This document shows, piece after piece, positions 52,486-64,000 of a stretch of DNA of 64,000 nt (position 1 is the first letter of the stretch; every line of letters begins with the position of its first letter). Source of the stretch: Mobula birostris (Eukaryota). Under the pieces are notes generated by a model that was given only the letters and a program-made list of their open reading frames with translations, made no database searches and was not told the origin of the DNA. The stretch is taken from contig NC_092373.1 of assembly GCF_030028105.1 (NCBI RefSeq), forward strand, positions 147,041,556-147,105,555, read 5' to 3'. Position numbers and translations under genes: made by a program.

Positions 52486-54070
52486 AATTAGGCTGACCAC
52501 TTTTTTTACCCTAATGCTGGATAGAAGTTATGAAGCTGTAACCCCAAAGGATAGTGATTATTCTTGATGATGTGGTTGGCACTCTCCTAAATGGATGTGA
52601 TATAGTCACCGCTGTCCTTTGACTGCAGCAAAGGGTCTTATGGGTGTCTCGAAGTACGTCATTGCAATAAGATTTAATTATCTTTTATTGATGGGTGGCA
52701 GTTAGATCTGTCTCAATCCTGCACACGCTGATGGTGGTGATTAGCAGAATGTGACCCCTCGAAATAGAGCTGCCCTGCGCTTTTGCTCCAGTAGGTGTCG
52801 CTGCTGAGGCTGGCCATGCGCATGCGTTTGGGCTGTCGCGTCCCAATTTCCATGATGGTCAATCGGGTTTCAGGTTAAAAGGGAGTCTGTTTATTTTGGT
52901 GAATGAGCAATTTTATATGAATATATAACCCTGAACTTTGCCTGCATTCTGTAAGTTAGCGCATTTTAATTTGACTTAGCCAAAAAAAGTGCCGCTGTAA
53001 TGCACCGTTTGCGCTAATTGGAGGTCACAAACAGACAAACAGACAGACAGAGTATGAGAGTTTTAGTGGTATATAGATAGTCACTAGTTTTTGATTCCCT
53101 TAGCCTTGGCAAAACATTGTGTGCATTCACCCTTTCTATGCCCCTTATGATTTATACACCTCTGTAAGGTCACTCCCAGGTCTCCTGGGCTTTAATGAAT
53201 AAAATCTAAAGCAACACACACAAAATACTGGAGGAACTCAGAAGTTCTGGCAGCATTTGTGGAAATTAATTGACAAATGATGTTTCAGGTTAAGACCCTT
53301 CTTCAGGACTGGAAAGGAAGGGGGAAGACGCCAGAATAAAAGGATAGTGGGGGGGAGGGGAAGGAGACTAGCTAGAAGGTGGAGCCAAGTGGGTAGGAAA
53401 GGTAAAAGCTTGGAGAAGATGGTATCTGATAGAAGAGGGCAGTCGACTATGGGAGAAAGAGAAGAAGGAGGAGTTCTAGTGGAAGATGAGATGAGGAGAA
53501 GAGGTAAGAGGCCAGAGTGGGGAATAGAAGAAGGGGGAAGGGAAAAAAAATGTGATTGAACAATCACTGTTCATGCTATCACGTTGAGGCTACCTAGATG
53601 GAATATGAAGTGTTGCTCCTCCACCCTGAGAGTGGCCTCGTTGTGGCAAAAGAGGAGACCATGGACCAACATGTGGGAGCAGGAATGGGGATAGGAATGA
53701 AAATGGTGGCGGCTGGGAAATTCTACTTAAAGCAGATGGAGCAGACGTGCTCAACAAAATGGTCCCCAATTTACACTGGATCTCACCAATGCTGAGGACG
53801 CCACATCAAGAGCACCTTATACAGCAGACGACCCTAACAAATTCACAGGTAAAGTGTTGGCTCAGCTGAAAGGACTCTGAATGGAGGTAACAGAGGAGGT
53901 GAATGAGCTGGTGTAGCATTTCTGTCGCTTGTAGGGGTGTGTGTCGGGAGGGAGATTAGTGAGGAGAGACAAATGGACAAGGGGAGAGTGATCCCTGTGG
54001 AAAGCAGAGAGTGGGGGGAGGTAAAATAAGTATGGTGGTAGGATCCTGATAAAGATGAAGGAAGTTGTGC

Positions 54071-54372
54071 GCCATGGTAACATTGAGGTTAGCATGATGC
54101 TATTACAGCCCAGGGGCATTCGGGAATTCAGAGTTCAGTTCTGGCGCTGTTCTGTAAGGAGTCTGTATGTCCTCCCTGGGGAATTCCCTGGGAGGATATG
54201 AGTTTTTCCAGGCGCTCTGGCTTCTTTCCACAGTCCAAAAATGCACTGGGTAGGTTAATTGGTCATTGTAAATTGGCCCCTGATTAGGTCAGGACTAATC
54301 GGGATTGTGGAGCTGTCAGAGCTCGAAGGGCTAGAAGGGCCTACTGCAGGTGTATCACTGAGTAAATAAATC
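54071..54372 (+). mobile_element. V-SINE-like SINE nested in Penelope
   Basis: tRNA-like head, ttccacagtccaaaa..ggtaggttaattggtcattgtaaattg core, taaataaat tail. Confidence 0.8.
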
Positions 54373-54781
54373 AAAGAGGTGTTGAATGCAGAGGCTCATG
54401 GGGTTATAGGAGAGGAAAAGAAGAACTATATCCCTATTCTCGTTTTAAAATGCTAGTCTATGGTCTCCACTTTTGCCACAATGAAACCACTCTAAGATAG
54501 AGGAGCAACACCTCATTTTCTGTCTAGCTAGCCTCAAACCTCATGGCATAAACATCAATTTCTCCTTCTGGTAATTTTTCCCTCCCCCTTCCTTCTTCTT
54601 CTATTCCCCACTCTTTTCCTCACCTGCCTATCACCTCCCTCTGGTGCCCCTCCTTCTACCATTTCTCTCCTCGCTACCAGATTTCTTCTTTCCCACCCAT
54701 CTCGCTTCACCTATCGTCTTCTAGCTGGTCTTCCTTCTCCTCCCCACCCCCCCATCTTTTTTATTCTGACATCTTCCTTTC

Positions 54782-54819
54782 CAGTACTGAAGAAGGGTCT
54801 CGGCCCGAAATAACGACTG
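54782..54819 (+). ncRNA. Minimal hammerhead ribozyme motif with an altered cleavage site
   Basis: cagta CTGAAGA agggtctcggccc GAAA taac gactg. Confidence 0.65.
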
Positions 54820-56792
54820 TTTATTCATTTCCATGGATGCTGTCTGACCAGCTGAGTTCCAGCAGAATTTTTTGTGTGTTGCTCTGGATTTTCAGCATCT
54901 GCAGAATCCCTTGCATTTACAAATAAAATCCTAGTCTGCCCAACCTCTTCCTATAACTCAGGCTCTCGAGTCCTGACAATATTCTTGAAATCTTTATACT
55001 CTTTCTTGATGTCTTTCCTAAAAAGAAGTAAACACAATTGTACACAACACTCCAGGTACAGCCTCACCAATATCTTGTAAACTGCAACATAATTTTCCAA
55101 CTCCTATACTCACTGCCCTGACTGATGAAGGCCAGCATATCAAATGCCTTCTTTACTACCCTGTCTATCTCTGAAGCCACTTTCAGGGACACGTTTTGAC
55201 ACTTTGGGGAGTCATCAGGTCTCTTTAGTTTTGATTGCTGCAATATAACAGAATTAGGAAAGAGTAGCAAGAATGCCAGAGGTTAATCTAAAAAAAATCT
55301 ATAATCTCCAAGTTAGACAGTTCAGAAAGCAGTTTTGCATTCAGATGTAGGATTATATTTGAGAAGTGAAAAAGAAAGCTTTGAAAAGTAAATCATTTGG
55401 GAATGGTATCATTGATCAAAATCAACCTTGATCACAGCAGCAACTGCCCCAACTAAAAAAAATTAACCAAGATGCTCTGAAATAAAACATAAGATCAAAC
55501 AGAAATTGTGGTCAATTCTGTATAATAAGTTAATTAACATAATCATGCACAGTTTTAAAGTCTCAGAGAGAGACATGGTGAGAGAGAAAATTTTGTGCAA
55601 ATCAATTATGAAGCAGTTGTTATACCTAAAGGGAAATTTCACAATAGGTCAACAAAAATCCTGAAAACCTTCAGATACCTTCAAAAAAGTGCCTTAACCA
55701 TTAGTTTTTTTTGCTATTGACCAAAAAGCAAAGGCAATCCAAAATTACATATCTGCAGCTAAATGCTGGAAGAACATAACAAACTTTTGTTGTTATTGAG
55801 CATAATATGTTGATATAAAGGTAAAGATTATTACTCAAAATAATAGAGATCAATGACATATACTACTTTTGAAAGGAAACAATCTTTCAATAGGAGAAAA
55901 GAACAAATTATTAATATAATAATCTATTATTATTATGACAATGATTACAATCAATTACAAATACACTCATGAGTTAAAAATACATTGCTAATGACTTCAT
56001 CACACTTTAGGTTTCAAACTGAAGGGTAATAGATAAGTAAAAGTATCAAGAACTTGACATTTCTACTCTTAACACCGATCTTTATTCTGTCAGTATGTGT
56101 ATTCACATGTTTCAAAGTATAACAGCATATACCTGGACTTTAATTTTAACATGAACGATTAGTAAACCCATATTTTCCAGATCTGTAGCATTTAATGGCC
56201 AGGGTTTACAAAGACATTTTATTGCCTCTGTCTAAATTCTGATCATCAATAATGGCCATTGCTTGTTTTCTGTCTGTGGAATAACTTGTTATCAGAAAAT
56301 TTTCCTGACTGGAATTGCTTTAAACCATCTTTTTAATAAAAAAAAACTACTTAACAGTCCAATGCTAGGAGGTCATACTGAGGGTTAACCATTTCTTTAT
56401 TGAAATTATGCTGCAAAAGTTATGTGTGAGGAGGATGGCTCTCTGGGCCATTCAACAGTATTCTTCAAATAACTTGCTTTATGCCTCCAAGGAGAAATGA
56501 CCAACTTTCAGATCAAAACCAACCATTATTTGACAAACCTCTGCTGTGCAGTAATTTTAGGAAACTTCAAAGTTCTAAGTAAATGTTATTATCAAAGCAC
56601 ATATATGTCACCATATACAACCCTGAGATTCATTTTCTTATAGGCACACTCAGCAAATCTATAGATTTGTAACTAAAACAGGATCAACGAAAGATTAACC
56701 AGAATGCAGAAGACAATGAACTATGCAAATGCAAATATGAATAAGTAGCAAGAAATAATGATAACGTGAGATAATAAGATAAAGAAGCTTAG

Positions 56793-58819
56793 GAGGATGA
56801 TAACACTTAACGACAACTCCTTTGCATGCATCTTCTGAAGCAGCTCTACTCCTATCTTTAATATCTCTATTTTTCCCTTTCAAGTTTCTTTTGAAGACCC
56901 TGACCTGGAGTTATATGCTAACTTCGGATCTTCACAATCAAAATCAGAACCAGGTTTATTATCACTGATATATGACATGAAATTTGTTAACTTAGCAGCA
57001 GCAGTTCAATGCAATACATAATCTAGCAGGAAAAACATAATAAATAAACAAGTATTACAATGACAGTATACATATATTGAGTAGATTTTTAAAAATTGTG
57101 CAAAAACAGAAATACTCTATATTAAAAAAACGTGAGGTAGTGTCCAAAGATTCAATGTCCATTTAGGAATCGGATGGCAGAGAGGAAGAAACTGTTCCTG
57201 AATCGCTGAGTGTGTGCCTTCAGGCTTCTGTACCTCCTACCTGATGGTAACAGTAAGAAAAGGGCATGCCCTGGATGCTGGAGGTCTTTAATAATGGACA
57301 CTGCCTTTCTGAGATACCACTCCCTGAAGAAGTCCTGGGTACTTTGTAGGCTAGTACCCAAGATGGAGCTGACTAGATTTACAACCTTCTGCAGCTTCTT
57401 TCAGTCCTGTGCAGTAGCACCCCTCCCCCCCCATACCAGACAGTGATGCAGCCTGTCAGAATGCTCTCCAGGGTACATCTATAGATGTTTTTGAGTGTAT
57501 TTGTTGACATGCCAAATCTCTTCAAACTCCTAATAAAGTATAGCCGCTGTCTTGCCTTCTTTATAACTACATCAATATGTTGGGACCAGGTTAGATCCTC
57601 TGAGATCTTGATACCCAGAAACTTGAAGCTGCTCACTCTCTCCATTTCTGATCCCTCTGTGAGGATTGGTATGTGTTCCTTCGTCTTACCCTTCCTGAAG
57701 TTGACAATCAGCTCTTTCGTCTTACTGATGTTGAGTGCCAGGTTGTTGCTGCAGCACCACTCCACTAGTTGGTATATCTCACTCCTGTACGCCCTCTTGT
57801 CACCACCTGAGATCCTATCAACAATGGATGTATCGTCAGCAAATTTATAGATGGTATTTGAGCTATGCCTAGCCACACAGTCATGTGTATATAGAGGCTA
57901 GAGAACTGGGCTAAGCACACACCCCTGAGGTGCACCAGTGTTGATCGTCAGCGAGGAGGATATGTTATCAGCAATCCACACAGATTGTGGTCTTCCGCTT
58001 AGGAAGTTGAGGATCCAGTTGCAGAGGGAGGTACAGAGGCCCAGGTTCTGCATCTTCTCAATCAGGAGTGCGGGAACGATGGTATTAAATGCTGAGCTGT
58101 AGTTGATGAACAGCTTCCTGACGTAGGAGTTAGTGTTGTCCAGGTGGTCTTTGTGGAAATGGGACCCACTCTCGGGGTCTCATGATTGGCTGCGATTCAA
58201 TATTCCAAGGATGTGGCCTAGGAAACTTGCACACCTTCGAGGTTCTGAGATTTTGTGGCTCTGGAGGCTGGCAGACTCAAGGATGATGCCGCTGCAGAAA
58301 ACTGGTGTGTCGTGGGAGAGGGAAGATCGAAAGTAGCCAGTTGGTTGTGTGCTCAGAGACCTGAGTTCTTTGGGCACAGAGCTTGGAAGAAGTGATGCAA
58401 CAGAATTTTATCACCATAAATCAGCGAGTTGTTTTGTTATGCCTCTCCTCTCGCTGTGAGACAGAGACACCTCTTTTTCTCTTATTAGGGAGAGAGAGAG
58501 AGAGCTTGTGGTATGTTGAATACTGGGTAAACGAGTTGTCTTTGGGGTACTGCAAGTCAGTGTCTTTATTGATGTTTTGCTGCACGCTAGAGTGCTCGGT
58601 GGGAGGTGCCGATGCTTTTTTGTTGGTGGGCGATGGGAGTCATTGCTTCGCTGCTGCTTATGTGTGGGAGGGGGTAGCTGGGAGGGCTTTGGGGTTCTAA
58701 CATTAACTGTCATTCATTCCTTGGGGCACCTCTGTTTTCGTGGATGTTTGCAAAGACAAAGAATTTCAGGATGTATATTGTATACATTTCTCTGAATTCA
58801 AATGTACCTATTGAAACCT
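56793..58819 (+). mobile_element. Copy of the ~800-bp non-autonomous retroelement, split into 56793-56932 and 58148-58819
   Basis: Both parts are co-linear with 33304-34113. Confidence 0.85.
56933..58147 (-). mobile_element. Younger 5'-truncated Rex1/Babar LINE
   Basis: [36 protein letters not shown]; aatcag-type tail; possible TSD tctt. Confidence 0.92.
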
Positions 58820-60562
58820 AGAAGTGAGATTATTGGTTGTGGAACATTTCAATGATAGAGCAAGTGAGTGTAGTTATTCCTTTTTATTCAAGAGCCTGAT
58901 GGTTGAGGGGTAGTAATTGTTCTTGAACCTGATGGTGCAAATCCTGAGGCTCTTCTACCTGATAGCAGTAGCGAGACGACGGCATGACCTGGGTGCTGGG
59001 GATCTCCAGTGATGGTTGCTGCTTTACTATGATAGCATTCCATGTAGATGTGCTCAATGGGTGGGAGGGCTTTACCTGTGATGTATTGGGCCAATTTCGC
59101 TTCCTTTTGTAGGATTTTCTGTTCTAAGGAATTGATGTTTCCACACCAGGCTGAGATGCAGCCAGTCAATACAATCTCCATCACGCATCTATAGAATTTT
59201 GTCAATATTTTAGATGTCATGTCGAACCTCCTTATGTGCTGCGTCCAGGACAGGTCCTGTGATATAGTAACACCCAGGAAAGTTGTTAACCCTCTCTACT
59301 TCTGATCCTCCAATAAGGACTGGCTCATGGCCCTCTAATTTCTAAAGTCTTTAATCAGTTTTTTGGTATTATTGACGTTGAGTGAGAGGTTGTTGTTATG
59401 ACATCAATCAGCCAGGTTTTCGATCTCTCTGCTGTATGCTGATTCATCACCACCTTTGATTTGGTCTGTAACAGTGGTGTCGTCAGCAAACTTGAATATG
59501 GCATTGGAGCTGTGCTTAGCTACACAGTCATAGGTGTAAAGTGAGTAGAGCAGGAGGCTAAGCACACAGCACTCTGGTGCATCTGCGCTGATGGAGATTG
59601 TGGGGGAGGTGCTGTTGACAATCTGAACTGATTGGGGTCTGTAAGTGAGGAAATCCAGGATCCAATTGCACACGGAGGTATTGAGGCCAAGTCTTGGAGC
59701 TTACTGAATAATACATCAGTTGGCACAGGTCAGCATCTCCTCTATTTTAAACAAGGCTTTGAGAAGGCATTCTCTCATTGCCAATGTTATATAGAGACAC
59801 AGGCACCAGACAAATGGTTAGTGGTGTTTGATCAGGTGATGCCAGTCAGTCTGTTCTGGTGTTTGATCTGTCTACCATCCCTTTCTACCTGTACTACTAT
59901 GAAAATTTTGATGTGACTGACAAGCACTTTAGGAAATGTTTAAGATCATGGTAATTGCACATTTTCAAGATATATCAAGTACTTCAACTTTTCTTTGAGA
60001 ATGGAATTGGGTTGCTCTGCATGCAGAAATTGTCTGCTGAAGTTCCTTCCTCTAGCATTTTGTTAGTGCATTGGTGTGGGTGAGCACAGAACGTCCCATG
60101 ACACCAGCGTTCTCGCTATTGGTCTTTCTCGCAAGCACCATCGGAGTCACACTTGTGATCAATAAGTAATTTCAGTACAGTTGTTAATGGCACTCAGGAG
60201 AAAAAAATTATAATTTGGGAATGGCTGAAATATAGTTAATTTAGTAAAGAGCAGTAAATTCTGGAGATACTGAATAGGTCTGATAACATCTGAGGAAAGA
60301 GAAACAGAACTAATATTTTAAAGAAACACCCACCGTTTGTTTACATTTCCAACATTTGCAGTTTTTTGGAGTTTTGTTCACCATTGTGTAGGCATTCTTA
60401 TGAAACCTTTTGTTTCCTTGCTTCTATCTGTCAAAGCTGAATATCCACATCACATGTTTGAGGTAAGCAGTCACTTGGGAAATAGATTGGATACAAATTT
60501 CGTAAAGTTCCACTAGGAAAAGATTCTTGACTATGTTGTCACTGATGTCAGTGAAATCCATA

Positions 60563-61100
60563 AACACAGTAGCTACTTTATTAGGTACACTTGTACACCT
60601 GCTTCTTATCTAATCTGCCAATCATGTGGCAGCAACTCAATGCATGAAATCATGCAGATGTGGTCAAGAGGTTCGGTTGTTGTTCAGTTGCTGTTCAGAG
60701 TGGGGAAGAATGTTATCTAAGTGACTTTCATTGTAGAATGATTGTTGGTGTCAAATGGGGTGGCTTGAAAATCCCTGAAACTGTTGATCTTCTGGGATTT
60801 TCACGCAGAACAGTCTCAGAATTTACAAAGAATGGTGTGAAAAACACAAAAAAACAAACATCCAGTGAGCGGCAGTTCTGAGGGATAAAATGCCTTGTTA
60901 ATGAGAGAGGTCAGAGGACAATGGCCAGATTGATTCAAGATGACAGGAAGGCAACAGTATCTCAAATAACCACGTGTTACAGCAGTGGTGTGCAGAAGAT
61001 CTTTGAAGTAGATGGGCTACAGCCGCAGAAGACCTCAAACATATATTCAGTGGTCACTCTAATAGGTACAGCAGGTACCTGTTAATGTGTCCACTGAGTG
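60563..61100 (+). mobile_element. Internally deleted Tc1-like transposon
   Basis: TA|aacacagtagctactttattaggtac ... gtacctgttaatgtgtccactgagtg|TA; ORF 60660 LSDF..MIVG..ETVDLLGFSR.TVS (N-terminal HTH); extra TIR copy at ~61043. Confidence 0.85.
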
Positions 61101-61143
61101 TAGTTGCCAGTGGAAAAGTTAAACCAAAATATCTAATAATTTG

Positions 61144-61737
61144 AACAACACACACAAAATGCTGGAGGAACTCAGCAGGCCATGCAGCATCTATGCGAAA
61201 AAGCACAATCGATGTCAGCAGGACTGGAAAAAAAAAGCTGAGGAATAGATCTGAAAGCTGGGGGAAGGGAAGAGAGAACCACGAGACGATAGGTAAAACT
61301 TGGAGGGGGAGGGATGAAGCAAAGAGCTAGGAATTTGATTGGTGAAAAAAAAAGGCGGCCATGGAAGAAAGAATATAGAAGGGGTGGGGGAAGGAGCACA
61401 AGAGTGAGCCGAAGGGCAGGCAAGGATATAACATGAGAGGGGGTAAAGAGGGGGATGGGAAATGGTAAGGGTGGAGAGGGGAAACATTACTGGTAGTGTG
61501 AGAAATCGATCTTCATGCCTCTAAGGTGGAGGCTACCCAAACAGAATATAAAGTGTTGTTGCTGCAACCTAAGTGTGGCCTTGTCCCGACAGTGGAGGAG
61601 GCCACGGATGGACATATCGGAATGAGAATAGGAAGTGGAACTAAAATGGGTGGCCACTGGGAGGTCCTGCTTGTTCTAGTGGACAGAGCGTAGATGCTCA
61701 GGGAAGTGGTCTTCCAATTTACGCCGGGTCTCACCAA
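61144..61737 (-). mobile_element. Penelope-like 3' fragment
   Basis: caacacacacaaaatgctggaggaactcagc terminus; attggtgagacc (IGET) at its 5' break. Confidence 0.85.
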
Positions 61738-64000
61738 TAATTCTGTATGTACCTTACTTCTCTATTTACTCGTCCATTTCTCATTTGTAGAAATTAATAT
61801 CTGGCGAAAGAAATCTCATTTTAATAGTTGAAGTTCTCTCTGGATCAAATCTTAACAATTCTGCACATTAGTATATCAACGACACAGGTTTTATTGTTCC
61901 AATAAAAATGAACTGACAGAAAGGAAGAGTGCGTATGCAAGACGGCAAAATGAAGCAAGGTGAGAGGAAGTGGTGAGTCATTTACTATACACAGTATTTA
62001 CTTCCAATAAATGATCTGATGTGTGCAAGCGTCAAGCAGGGTAATGTGCAAGTTTAAATTCAGTTCATATGACAATTATTTGTCAATGTACTTTGGGAAT
62101 GTAATATTTCATCAGTGAAGGAGAGTTACTGCATGTAAAACTGCATCATTCACTGGTGCCTACTGTATACTGACTGATGGGTTGTATCTGCGGTATGAAT
62201 GAATAATGAGATCCTTCACATTCATTAGCGTTTTGCTTTAGTTCTCACATATGTAAGATGCACTCCTATTTGGTAACATTAACTTTGTAGGCCTGCCTTT
62301 TTGATCGCATAGTTGATTACCTCTATTGGAAATGATATCTGGAGCTCTGCGAAATGTTGTGCTGGTTGCCAAAAGATTTCTGGAATGCAGACTCATGCAG
62401 ATACAAAAGTGTTCTTATTCCTTAGTTGCTAAACAAATCTCTGCTATTCTGTATGTTGTTATGGTCCCTTAAATACAGACTGGAAAATTAGTGCTAACAG
62501 CATTGTCTACTGCACCTAAACAAGCATTTAGGTAATAGGAAAAATGTAGAATATATGCTCTGTTTTAGCGTTTCTCAACTAAATATTCCTTTTCAGAAAC
62601 GTGGGAATTAATGTTGATTTTCTGCAAAAATGTGCTTTTTCTCAGACATCCCTGTTCAAATATTGAAATTTTACTTCCGTCCTTCAGAGTACAAAGCAGG
62701 GAAATTACAATCTCTCATGGTACATTTGTAAGATCTCTAGTGAGTTCCTAGGTATGAAAATTGCCTTTAGTATAATGTAATTAAAATGGGAAGACCAGTC
62801 AATTTTCAAAGAAAGTAGAGTGAAAATTCGATCAATATTTTGTGGCTACAGAGGTGATGGAACTAAAGGCGCTGCCTTTTATTTCTGAATGCTAATATCT
62901 AATAATTTTCCTGATCCCACAGAGGAAAGAGCAAAACCTGCATAAAATAAATGATTGGTATTTCATTTGTGCTTTAATTTACAAAGGTACTATAAAAGCA
63001 GTGACATTTATGGCATCTCTGAGAAGTATTCATTAAATGTCATGTTGGTAATATTTGTTTCAGGTCTCACAAATTATCCTTCTGTCCAGTGGGAATATTT
63101 AAATATATTCCTTGAATCATTCTTTTCTGGAGATATTGGGAAAAACTATTAAAAACTTTTATATTGTGTTGACACATATGCCTTGTGAAAATATTATTCT
63201 GACTAATCTAAACTGGCTACTTGCACATTACAGATGATTTCCTCATCATTGAACCCAGGTTTGCAATAATGTCCATTGAATGATGTGGTTCTTCTATCAG
63301 CTTTCTGGCCAGTAGCGCTACTGAACGATGCATGGAGGAATGAGATTACCTTGTTTGCTGCTGGTAGCATGTTGCAGCAATAGCCATCTCATTGCTACAC
63401 TCTCAGAACTGCTGGCTATGAAGTGAATTCTGGCAAAACTTTCTGATGAAAGCAACCTGTGACAAAATAGAGAAAGTAGAGAAAGTAAGCAAGGTTAAAC
63501 AAATTGAACAGAGGCCAAAATCATTGAGGGCTAAAATTTAGTTTGCAACTTTCAGAATAGCTGGGGTCCATTTTTAAAAATGGAGCACTTAGCAGACTAT
63601 AAGAAAGCTGCTGCAGTGTGCTATTTTATGAAGTAACTGTACAGCAGCATGATGGTCTGTGAGTGAGCCATTCCCTGGTAAGAGGGAAGCTATCAATCAC
63701 AATCTGTTAAATACTCAGTTAGAGCAATATTAGCATGACTTTTGCAATTTAACTGTGGATGCAGGGGTTTCCCAGGCTTTCCACAGCATGTCAGTGAATG
63801 CAATACGGGAACACAGTTGGGAACCAAAGACATGATAGGAACCATGCCAATGAGCTGACATTTCACAGCTGCTTTCTCACCTGCTTCTAAGAAAATCTTT
63901 GTTCAAAGTACTTGTGTTGACATGTTGCTTTGACAAATTCTGGATGTTACTTTGACAACTTTGGAGTACAAGTCTGATCTCACTTTGGAGCACAGGTCTA

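Larger units (their letters stand above)
50885..53077 (-). mobile_element. Non-autonomous Helitron containing a nested Penelope insertion
   Basis: Minus strand reads A|TCTATATACCACTAAAA..(ctgt)n ... gggtgccccaatgggtcaccc cgttgtCTAG|T; no TSD; STPR-like ORF 52234-52500. Confidence 0.85.
53207..54921. mobile_element. Penelope insertion with inverted arms (minus arm 53207-~54440, plus arm ~54455-54921)
   Basis: Both arms end in the same 3' terminus, facing outwards; TSD aataaaatc at 53198-53206 and 54922-54930. Confidence 0.85.
50620..55195 (-). mobile_element. CR1 3' fragment split by the Helitron and the inverted Penelope (50620-50884, 53078-53206, 54922-55195)
   Basis: Pieces join co-linearly; ORF 55064(-) LKVASEIDRVVKKAFDMLAFIS. 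Confidence 0.75.
56570..59710 (-). mobile_element. Old Rex1/Babar LINE (56570-56792, 58820-59710) hosting two nested insertions
   Basis: ORFs 59404(-) [17 protein letters not shown] and 58888(-) FYRC..LTGCISAW. Confidence 0.8.

Noticed and set aside
54170-54196. Near-palindrome cctccctggggaattccctgggagg in the V-SINE
   Set aside because: Short and imperfect; most likely a local template-switch mutation in a dead SINE

Overview
Repeat-dense vertebrate DNA with no intact host gene. The transposon mix (CR1, Rex1/Babar, fish-type L1, Penelope, Gypsy, V-SINE, Tc1/mariner) suggests an intron or intergenic region of a cartilaginous fish, possibly a ray; this is inference. Many insertions are nested, and several have readable target-site duplications (TSDs). 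The main finding is a two-LTR Gypsy element (36052-39045). Its RT/RNaseH/integrase region is replaced by an intronless fragment of the host splicing-factor mRNA RBM25, with no poly(A) and no TSD, which points to capture by template switching. Other highlights: a full-length decayed L1 with a 16-bp TSD; a non-autonomous Helitron with STPR-like repeats; Penelope elements with minimal hammerhead-ribozyme motifs, one as an inverted insertion; a fold-back mariner MITE; and a multi-copy ~800-bp non-autonomous retroelement. Family assignments come from recalled motifs, not database searches. Coordinates of degenerate fragments are approximate.
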